From positions 5,518,001 through 5,582,000 of the forward strand of contig OZ281494.1 in the NCBI GenBank assembly GCA_965637545.1: a DNA stretch of 64,000 nucleotides. The letters run 5' to 3'. The translations under genes were made by a program, and so were the position numbers. This stretch comes from Phallusia mammillata. Lineage: Eukaryota. A model generated the notes under the pieces. That model was not told the DNA's origin, did no database searches, and saw only the letters and a program-made list of their open reading frames with translations. Below are positions 38,431 through 49,420 of this stretch, piece after piece; position 1 is the first letter of the stretch, and each line of letters starts with the position of its first letter.

Positions 38431-39244
38431 TTTTAAAGTCCATTACAGACGTGTCAAACTCGTGGGGTTCGGGGGCCACATTGCAGTTTGGAAATTATGC
38501 CGAGCCCCGCATGTGATTTTTAATCTAGTTTTATACACCATAACAACCTTTTCGCTACGACGGCCGCATTGCAGATCCTAATTTCACCAACAGTCGCTAC
38601 TTACCTGTGGGTTTTTGTTTTAAAATTACAGAATAGGTTTATATCATATATATATACCATCTTTTGACGCCCCAAAAGCCCAGATTAATTTCCAACTTGA
38701 TGCACAGATTGAGCTAAACAGTTAAGTTTTAACTGTTTATGACGTCATAATCCATATTGTGATGTTTTTTCCATTATTTGTACACAATAGGTCTACAAAA
38801 AGTCTGACGCATATGGCTAATAGGCTGGTAATACTCTTTTCCGTAACATAAAATCTGTTTAGAGCAGTATGAAAATCAAAATATTTGGCAAAGGAGTTTT
38901 GATTTCATCACGGCGGCCAGTACATATATTTTAATGAACATGTTCACGTGTGGCGGTACGGCTGCAGCTTGAACGCCCTTGACTGCAACTTAACGCCTTG
39001 AGAAACACGCGCCCCCTCTTGCCCCCCGCTGCGGACGCCCATGTCTCTGATTGATTATATAGTCAGTTGGATTTTAGTGTTTGTTTGTAGTTTTGTGTTA
39101 CATTTCAGTAAATGTTGTGATGATTGAATTGTATCAATACGTAAATAAAGTTTATAGAAAAAAAAATTTTTTGCATATAAACGAAACAGTTTGTATTTCT
39201 ATATAGTATGCTCTAAATCAAAATCAACTGTGATTGTAACAAGG

Positions 39245-42200
39245 ATGGATCGACGATTTTGGGTTTGCTGTGTTATTTTGTGTCTCTCCATCATCAAAGG
39301 CTGTTCTGCACAATATATGTTGCAACACAGTTTTGTTGTTAATTGGGTTGCGAAAATATACTGTCACCCTTAATTTTGTTTAAATCTGCCTTAAAAAATC
39401 ATTCAATAACTGCAGATAAAATAAAACTTTTGTTTTTGATACTTATAAAATACAGCGTAATAAAATAACAGCGTAATAAAATAACTCCGAATTTTGCAAC
39501 TTCAATAGTTATTTTGATCCATGGGAATTTTGATCCAAAAAAGTTAGGGAATTCATTAACATTTAATAGTTAACGTATGTGCAGGGACTCGAACATGTTT
39601 ATCTGGTTCCCCGTCATCAGTGAATGCATCAATTCAATTACCTCTATCCTGTGCTAATAATACTTTGGAACTTATTGATGGAAGTAAGTTATTTGTATCC
39701 GAAAATTGCGTGGCGTACCTAGGTCAAATTTATTCATCCGACTTGCACTGTAACCCTTTTGTTACGGGATAGATTATGATAAAGTGAATCAACAAAGTAC
39801 TACATATTCCTGTATTATTATTTGAAAAGTAAAAAGAGGGTGTTGGTTGTTTATACTTGACCATAAACCAATTTGGGACATTAACACTGTTGAAAAACAC
39901 TGAAAACCGTTTGCAAGGTAACACAAACAAAATAAACGTATTGGTAACTGTTGTTCGGAATCGTTCACCAATTTTCGAAACTAAATAAATACCAAATATT
40001 GCTTTTAGTTTTACTAGTTGCACCTCAATATTCTTAAAAGTCGACAATTGTATACAAAGTGTGATTTTGTAATCATGCATTTTGATAAATTTTGTTTTCC
40101 AGAAAAGACAAATACAGCTATAAAGGTTTTAGGTAAAATAATATTTGAAAATTCGGAACAAAGTGGCATTTTGAGTTTTTAATATTGAATCTATTAATTA
40201 CCGTCTGTTGGTTATGTGAATTTTTCCTGACTAACCGCTGTTTCAAATAAGAATGTATCTTAAATTGTATTAATTACCTATGTATAATTATTTAATTTAA
40301 TAAGATTGTTTTCGGATTGCAGTAAAGAACGGCGAATGCTGCTACATATATACTAAAGGAGCTTGCCACGAAGCAAGAGTCTATCGTTTGGGTGAGCGTG
40401 CAAAAAGAATAATGTATTTTTTCATTTGATTGTTATCAGTAAAATACTGTAACAAAATACATATCTTCTCTTCAATGATACCCCCAAAATAGCCTAGATG
40501 TGTGCCTAACATTATAGTTGATTATCACAGATTTTTTTTGCAGATACACGTTAGTGCCACCACAGGTAACGAATAGAATTACAAACCTCATGTGTGGTGT
40601 TTTTAGCGTATACCGGGTCTAGCAATTGCAAAATCAAAAACATTGGAGAGTGGAACCTAGTAAACCATAACCTTTACCACAGCTTTAAAGTCGATGCCAT
40701 AGTAAAGAACAGAAAAAGTAAGTGCCCTTGTTACTGTTTATGCAACATTTTTTCTTATTTAGCAGCTGAACAGTTTGTCAAGTCAAAACATTCAAGTCCA
40801 TGTTCTTTAATAAAAATGCTATTAAATCAATGAAAGGACAAAGCAACCTTCACTTAAATTAAAGATAAACATCGTAATGGTAAAGCAGTATGAGAAAGTG
40901 CGATAGTTTCATGGTAAAACTAATAAATTTTTTAGTAATGAATTTTTAATAAAACTCTCTTTTTGAATAAACGTAATTCACTAATATTATTATTTTTGGT
41001 TACAGCTGCAATAGAATTTACTGTGAAACCGTGCAGAGAATCAGGTATGTAAAAATGAAAAACTGCCATTATTAATACCCCATGTAACATAAATGATAGG
41101 CCAAGCTTTTAAAAACTTAAAGTTTGATAAAGTTTAGTGCAATAAAGTTTATTGTAAATATGAATATCATTAGAGACCTTTATTAGTAAAAAGCATTAGA
41201 AAATCATTCAAAGGTATGGACAGGCTTTAGAATTTAAAAAAACGTCGTCAAATTGATTTTATTCATTTTAAAACATGATGTAAGAATTGCTTTAATAAAA
41301 ACATGAAAACACTATTGTAGTTGTGTGACTTAAAACTAATCTTTTCAGCAACATGTTCCAATGAAACTTCGACCACGGCCATGACTTCACCCACCACAGT
41401 ATCCACGTCTGCAGCTTCCCAAACCCATTATGTTAACAACAGCGTCAACGCAACTGTCCCACCTGGGTATTTCTGTACCCCAATTGTATCTTCAACCACC
41501 ACAGCCGTCAATCCAAGCACCCCCACAATGAACCTATCTTCAAGAACCGTGTTCTCAACCACCCCTAACGTCAATCCAAGCACCCCTACAATGGACCCAT
41601 CCCACAAAACCATGTCCCCAATTACGCCAGACGTTAATTTGACCATCCCCCATAATGGACCCAACTACTAAAATCCAAACTACACAAGCCGCTAGTCTGG
41701 CGGAGTCATCTACTCAATCCGTCTTTCCAATTAACTCCACCGCAACTGAAGTTAGTACAAACGAAAAAAAACAGACCGCGCAGCAGGAAGGTAACTGTTT
41801 TTGTTACTTTGCTAAGTACAGGCTGCTCTACAGTTTTTAAACCAGAAGTGCGAAGTATGTAAATTGTGTTTCAGAATTTCAAGACACGATAAACCAGGTT
41901 TTGGGTGGATTCATCCGGCCCAATGTGACACAAACCAACGCAAAGTTGCTCGCAAGCTTGAAACAGTTTGACGAGTTTGAAGTGAACTTGACCATAAACA
42001 ATGCTGGCAACACAACAACCAAGTTGTCGGTCCCTGGCATTGCTAAAATGGAATTTGGACAAATCCCTGAAGTCAATCCCATTTTTACCACCAATCTTGA
42101 TGGATCAACTCAGCTACTTGAATTCAGTAGCATTGAGATTCGTGGGAAGAGATCTCCTACTCTCATTGTGTTTGTTTTCACGCAGTTCTTATTCGAGCTT

Positions 42201-44400
42201 AGCAAACTGAGACCGTTCTACGTTTTTCGCGACACAACCAGCTCCTTCTGGCAGATTGCAAACCACACATCGATTCATCCAAGCACCGCCGCCCCTTACC
42301 TGGGTATTCAAGCGTACAAGTTGCTTGATGGATCCCCAATCGACGTCAATGTAAAATTCAGTGTCAACGTGACAGGTAAGTCTAACAGTTTTGATTATAC
42401 ACAAAGGAGAGGTCGTTAATTGGCTTCGCAACATAGTAAACTGCTATGGTCGTTGACGGCATGCGGGGTCATGTTACAAAATATCAGGACGCCTAGAGCG
42501 GAAATATTTGTCACTGCCAGTCAGTGTTAGCTGCCTGCTATGTAAGTGAACCTTCTGATTAAAATATCGACTTGACGTTTTTCCACATACAAAATTTAAC
42601 GCATAAACATAACAATCTAACCTTACTGTTTTATAATATCGATGAACAGCAAATTAAAATAATACATGTACCGAAACATATAGCATATTTAGCCAAAAAA
42701 TGGACAACAACGAAAAATGTAGCATTTTGTTTCAATTATATGTTACTTGGTTTGCAGTTGACTCGACATTGGAGAAAGAAGCACCACGAAAGTTGTTCGA
42801 CGTTTACAGATCATGGTACAAGATATCGTCGTTTCAGTTCATCTGTCTGCGTCTGGATAATAATGCCAGTCGTTTCACACGCGATGGTTGCATGGGAAAG
42901 TCAGTTTACGGAATGGTGACGTGTTCGTGTGATCAACCTGGTTTCTTCACTGTGGCTCCACAAATCGTCGCACAAGTCAGACCCGATGGAATCAGTGTAA
43001 GTCAATGCCTACTAATGTAAATTAATTAATATTTGTTTTTTGTTGCTTGTTTATTTTAGTCAGTGTGTCTCAATGTACAACTCTAAAAATTGTGTTTGTG
43101 GCAAAAAAAAAACAATAACAACAACATGTGTGTTTTTAGGTAATTTTCTTCGGTGGATTGGTACTAGGTCTTGTCGTTCTATTTCTCACATGGATGGCAC
43201 TTCTCAAGTTCAGTGTACAGGTGGAGTGCGACCGAATCGCAGTGCAAATAAGCCTTGTCTGTACCCTCTTTCTTTTCCACATTGTTCTCTTGTTCGAAGG
43301 ACTGGCAATAAATGGGAGAACACAGTGTGAATTGGTCACATTTTTCTGTCATTACTTTATGATGACAACCGGTAAGTCTACAAATATTAACTATTTATTG
43401 CTCGACAAAACACAACTTGCATATCTGGTATAGTTGAAACTGGAAAATTTTATCAAATTACTTAGTATTTGGGACCGTAATATTTTTTGTGTCAGGACTT
43501 CTGGCTCTCGCCGATGGAGCGACAATCCTCGCCAACTTGAATCCTCGATCTTTCCGATTCAAACGTCAAAACCCGGGTCGCCTCCTTCAAATTCAGCTCG
43601 CTATATGCTGGGGTATTCCCCTCATCATAGCTGGCGTCACAATTGCCGTCGCGCTGCAGCAGGTCGATTACATCTCGATGAGCGAGTACGGATACGAGCG
43701 ATGCTGGATCAAACCCGATTCCATCGCCCTTGTGACCGGAGTAACCGTGCCCATAGCAACCATCTTTATTGCTTGTTTTTTTGCTGGCAATTCTGATCGG
43801 AGCCTTTGCTTCCCGAGTAAAGCCAAATTCCGCGGACGCAGCTCACCAGGCAACCACCTATGGCGCCATGACGGTTTATGACGTGGATATTGATCACGTG
43901 TTCCGGATGTTGGTGGAATACGTGATGACGTGCTTTGCTTTGCTGGTGCCGTGGATCAAGTACTTTATACCAGGTTGGTGCGTCACAAACTTTGCTTTTG
44001 CTTGGTTTATCTGTTGCAATGCAGCATTTAATGAGTGAAACATCGTTTATTTTATTTTCCAATATTACTTTATTACTGCAGTTTACGTTCAGGGCAAAAT
44101 AAATTGTTCTTTTTCACTTCACTTGGTTGCTCTAAAATTTTAAGTGTTTTTACACATTTTTTTTTCTTGTCAGGAATTCACAACATTGAAGTCACCCTGG
44201 CTGATATCTACGTCACTATGACGTTAATCGGCTTGCAAGGAGTCTTTGTCTTCATTATCTACGTCATCGTGAGTCCAGATGTGAGACGCACGTTCTGTGG
44301 AAGTGGCACAAATTATCCTGAGCGGTACAAGCTCTACTGGTACGGACCAGAGAGAGATCCAGATCCAATCCCCCTTGAAACTTTTGAGGAAAACATTTAA
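39245..44400 (+). pseudogene. Adhesion GPCR copy C (paralog of A), apparently disabled
   Basis: Highly similar to copy A, but with +1 frameshifts in a C run (41647-41651) and a T run (43776-43782), and AT instead of GT at the presumed exon-1 donor (39315). Homopolymer assembly errors cannot be excluded. Confidence 0.7.
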
Positions 44401-45663
44401 ACATTTCCTTGCCTAAGACGTGTGTATTACGTCATGTGAGCATAATGACAGTTTTATATTCATGCTGTAAATACAGATTTTGAAGTGTATTTTTATCTTT
44501 GTTATCGCTTGTTAGCAATAACAGAAATTCAATACAAACGTTTGCGTTAAATCTTTTTTTTGCGTTGATGGTAAACAATGCGAAAGTTTGTAATGGAAGC
44601 AAATATGGTTGTTAAATACTTTTCGTTTTTACCTTGTGTTGTTTATAATTTGATTTACAAACGTACTTTACTGTTTTTTAAGCAACATTAGGTTATTACA
44701 ACTTGACGTTAGTGTTTAATTTGTATTACGATCGAAAAGTTAGTAATTTTTTCGGCGTCAAGGGCATAATTTGTCGTTTTTAATTAACGAGCTTGATAGA
44801 GTTTATAAAGTGTTTTTTACGTGATAATAATTTTCGTTAATGTATTTAATTCCCCGAATTTGAAAGACAATATTTTTTAAGACTTGGTTTTGTTTTGAGG
44901 CTGTTCTTTCTCAGTCATACATATACACAGGGGCGGCTCGTGCGAGGGGGCTGTGGAGCTGCAGCACCCCCAAGATATTTTTACTTAATATTCCTACCAC
45001 AATATTACAGATAACTTCCATTTCATTCTTTAGCAATATATAATTAGAAAAAAATCCACCTTGATCGGCATTTTTTCCCCTTTTTTAAAAAAAATTATTG
45101 CATTAATATGTTTTCTATGGTGGAGCTGCAGCTCCAGTTTCGTGACGTTTCATGACGTTTTGCAGTTGTGCGCATGCGCACTTGGAAAAGCTACATGCCG
45201 GGCGAATTAGGCGACAGGGGGCTGTGGCTGCCGCAGCCCCTCCTGTGACGTAGCGCTAGTTGTGTTGTCTGCTTCGCGTCAGTGAACTCCAAAGCCAAAC
45301 CCGTGTACTATATTCTTAAGTTCGGCAGTGAGAACAGTTAGATAATTATTTTGCCATCTAATATTTATTTATTTGAAGGTTAGTGGTAACTTTTTAAGTT
45401 GACTGTACGTGGGTTTAAGTTGTTGCAGGTATCATTGAATTAAATAAGTGTATCTAACACCTTGAAAAAGAAAAAAAGGTCATCTAACACCTTGAAAAGT
45501 CACGATTAACATTTGTAATAAATAACTGAATTAAAAACTTTTAAGAAAATATGGTATAAAAGGTCTGCTACTCCAATGCCATGCAGGAGTAAGCAACAAC
45601 AAGAAATACTCAGTTTTTGTTCTTAATGCTATCAAAGAAAAAATAAATTTGTGACTGTGAAGT

Positions 45664-46339
45664 TGTACTGACCCAGTGGGTAGACAATTAAACACTCCGT
45701 ATATCTGACTCTAATAAACAAACAAACTATCACTGTCGAAACAAACCTAAAAAAACGCAGAAATAAATTAACGTTCCCACATTATATTTCAATAAGGCAA
45801 GCCACGAAAGCGCCTCTTGCGGCTAAACACGCAACACAAAAGTCACCGCGCCACGAATCAACTGTGAGATATCAATTCCAATGCGTACTCTAGTCACTCT
45901 ATAGTCACTTATGCACTGTTATGGTAACACTAGGTAACTTAAGGTAACTCTAGATGACTGATTTTTAGTTTGAAACACGTCGGTCTTTATAGCGTTCAGA
46001 TCAAATGTTGTTATGCAAGCGCAGTCGTAAAAACGTACGCCCGAGAAGGTTAAGTAAGTTCTAAACCGTAATTATTCTTTAAATTGCTTTACAGAAGTGT
46101 CACGTATAACATGGCTGGAGGTTAATTTAGACGTGGTTCTTGTTAACACGTTAAAAGCGATACAACAATAGCCTTAAGCCAGTATATGACCAGCGTGGTG
46201 ATTAGAAAACAGGTTTAAAAGCCGGTCAAGCTTTTGTGTAGAAAAAAGGTGAGGTTTGACCGAGTTTGACCGGGACAATATGACACGACAATTATACGAA
46301 TTAAAATGTTTTGAATTAAAAAGTCCAAAGTCCGATACA
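45664..46339 (-). repeat. 3' LTR (676 bp)
   Basis: Preceded on the minus strand by the purine-rich tract GGGACGGAGAGTGA (46340-46353). Confidence 0.97.
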
Positions 46340-47086
46340 TCACTCTCCGTCCCGTGAAATGTTTTCCGGAAGAGATTCTCCTGGATGATGTTTTCGAATT
46401 AGTTTGTTGTCCGTTTATTGTTTCCGATTTGACGCTTCGTGCTCCAAAGTCAAATGTTTTGTGCCGAAATTTTTTGTCCATTCTTCGTTTGCTTGATGAT
46501 TGGATATCACGCTGTGTGGTGATAGATTGTTTGTATTTTTTGGTGAACTCCAGTTGACAAAGTCTTTTGTATTTTCGAACGTCATCATGTGGAGATCAAA
46601 TGGAGTTGTGATAGAATGTTGCTTGATGCGATTCGAACAGTTGATCCGGTGATTCGAACAATTGAATTCGTTCGTTGATTTTTGAACGTCTGTAATCTAA
46701 ACTTAACATTTCGCGCGGCAAATTTTCACACCAATGATTATAAGGGCTTTTTTTTTAAAAGGGATATAAGGATAATTAAGTATATATATACAATACGATT
46801 AAAAAAGGCGCAAATTCTAAGTACTATGTAGGTTTGTGATATACAAATAAAAATAGTTTTGACATTTGACATTTGACAAGTGTTTCTGTTTCGAATTCTT
46901 GTAAGAAATTAAACGAGCTGCCGTACTTTTCAGAGTTTTTGCTAAGCTTTTTTACGGTTTGACGCGTAGCTATGCTGGCGACTTGATTTTACATGTGAAA
47001 TTTGGCTTTGCAGCCTCCCACTTGTAAAGGTTTTGCAGTGCTTTTGCAATCTGCGGTTGTGAGTTGTTGAGTCGCATTTTGAGGTA

Positions 47087-47392
47087 TTACTCTCGCCATT
47101 TCGACCGACAGGCCAATCTATGACAGATTATTATATTTTCGCGCTGCCGTCGAGGCAAGGTAAGGATTTTTAGGCAATCAATCTCGTTTGAGTTGCAATT
47201 GCTTTTAGGCGGTATTTGGCCTAGCGACTGAGCAGCAATGCTGCTTTGAGCGGTGCTCATTGATTTATAAAGTTCAATATGAACCAGTGGCTTGGCGTTC
47301 GAGGAACGCTTGCGCTTCGGCGGCGCTATGTCAAGGCCATTTGCATTTGCTTTTACATCTTTCCGCTTTATTACTGTAGCATTCTCCTGCAT
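47087..47392 (-). CDS. Possible accessory ORF4 of the LTR element (basic, NLS-like PPKRKR)
   Basis: ATG-initiated 101-aa sense ORF between env and the PPT; no recognisable family. Confidence 0.3.
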   Translation of the reverse strand: MQENATVIKRKDVKANANGLDIAPPKRKRSSNAKPLVHIELYKSMSTAQSSIAAQSLGQIPPKSNCNSNEIDCLKILTLPRRQRENIIICHRLACRSKWRE

Positions 47393-47578
47393 TTTTCCTT
47401 GGCACGTTTAATTGATTAAACACAATTTCATATTTATCGTTTTGGTTTCACATATAGTCATGTCAAATCTAAAATTATTTTTATACAGGGTCAACCTACT
47501 AGGTACTTAGAACGAATGTTATGATCGTTTTCGTTTCAATATCAAGGTAGTTGTTATACAACTGTGTGTCATGTCCGT

Positions 47579-49402
47579 TTAGGCTAACTTAGGGTACAAG
47601 GGCTGTGCCTGTACTTGGTCAGCTAAATTATTACCGTCCGGTTGTTCATTTTGTCGAGCGTTCTTTAGCTCCATCAATTTGTCAAATGCAAGTCTGCCGT
47701 AGACCTTGATAAACCATCCGGTGAGCAAAACTGCCCATATTCCTGCTAGAATGTATATAACTACAAAGATAAAACATAAAAATGGCGAGGTTATTGAGCT
47801 GATCAAATGTAGAAGTGCGTTCTTCGAAGCTGCTTCCAGAGTTGAGGACAAATATGAAACGTCCGCTTCTGTTGTAGGATTGGTGTTGCTGTCAATGAAC
47901 TGGTAAAGTTTATCGTTTGTTAGGCGGGACTGGCTGAGAAGCGCCAACATTGAGTTTAAATCTTCAAAACCGCTACTCGGTCGTGGCAAATTATCTTCAT
48001 ACCGTTGAAAATCTAATTCTTTCCGGTGATATTTAACAGGTGCTAAAGTAGGTGTTATAAAGTCAACTTTAGAGTCAACGTGAACTAGAGTATAATTGTC
48101 ATAGACGTAATATGTATCCTTAATTCTAAAAGACATTACTCTACCCGGAGCATAATTTGCTACAAATTTAACAGTTGGATAAACAAAACCATCCCTGTAT
48201 AACTGTCCTACGGACATGTTACCTTTAGAGTCAACATATTTAATTAAGGGTCGTGTTGCAAACAGGTTTTTATGTCTTAAATCTTCTACTATAATTCCAT
48301 TAACAACTTCACAAGAGAGTTCTGTCATTAGATCTCCTACAGTTATACCGGCTCTTTGTCCTCCTAAAAGTTTACTTGATATTTCGCCAGGATATTGTCT
48401 GGCCAAGATTGAATATATAGTTGCTAGTAATGATTGAGTTTGACATTCTAAAAAATGAATATCAGAAGTGAGTTGACTTATTGTCCCAGAAACGGTATCC
48501 AATGATTCGTTAATAAAAAGTCCAACATTATCCGGACCACCATTAGGAGTTGAAAAATTAGCTTTATTGATCATTAGTGGTAATCGAATTGTACCGTTAC
48601 ATTGTGCGGGTTCAATAATCATACCACCTGTACAAATTGAGTCTTGTCCATAGCAATCCCGAATGGCTTTAGAACAAATGGTTTGATGGTGAATACTTAA
48701 ACCTAATTCTTTTACTTCCAAACGATATAAATCGCCGGTATGCCGATAATGCAAGGTCAAACCATGAGTTCCCAAAGGCGTGACAACGGGACAATCAACT
48801 CGGTTGGGCACTTTCCAGGTAAACAGTCTAGTTCCGACAACACAACTACCCCTATGTATGTTACATTTAGACATAATTCCCAAAGCACCTTTCATTTGCT
48901 TATGAATAGGATCGTATAAAATAGTTGATTTCGTTAAAACACCATTATGAATAACACCTTTTGAAGATGTAGGCCATTTATAAGTTACTTTAATTTCATT
49001 AGAGGAAGACCAAACGTTATCACTAGTTTTACTAAGTCGCCCAATCAAAGGTGCAGTATGAGTGTGTTGCCAATCTTCACAAGCACCTGAGGACGGGGGT
49101 GCAATAGCCACAGATTTCTCAGTATGAAATTTACCTCAAAAAAAATAATAATGGGATTCGTATGTCGATTCAAAAATTTGACACGAATATACCTCTAACC
49201 GAATGAAGTCTGCCGAAGGGTTGTAAAGTCGGCCAAAACATGTCTGAAAGGTTGGTGCATCTGCCCTTTTACAAGTTATAGGTTCAGGTATGGCATATTC
49301 CCCTTTAAACAAGGCTTCGTGACAGAGTTTAAATTGTTGCGTCCCACTTTGAGCTATATCGCACAAAAGTAATGTGGAAATTAAAATACCAGTTGGATGC
49401 AT
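47579..49402 (-). pseudogene. env: env-like type I membrane glycoprotein, about 607 codons, one in-frame TGA at 49136
   Basis: ORFs 49136-49402 and 47579-49111 are in the same frame. Signal peptide, Cys-rich ectodomain with N-glycan sequons, C-terminal TM helix, short tail; starts 18 nt after the pol stop. Confidence 0.85.
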
Positions 49403-49420
49403 TTTGTTTCAAGTTCTTGC

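Noticed and set aside
46215-46709. nef-like ORF overlapping the 3' LTR
   Set aside because: Interrupted by a stop, no recognisable motifs, and this T-poor strand gives open frames by chance.
49136-49138. Programmed readthrough or selenocysteine TGA in env
   Set aside because: gag and pol also carry single stops at positions where sense codons are expected; simple decay explains all of them.
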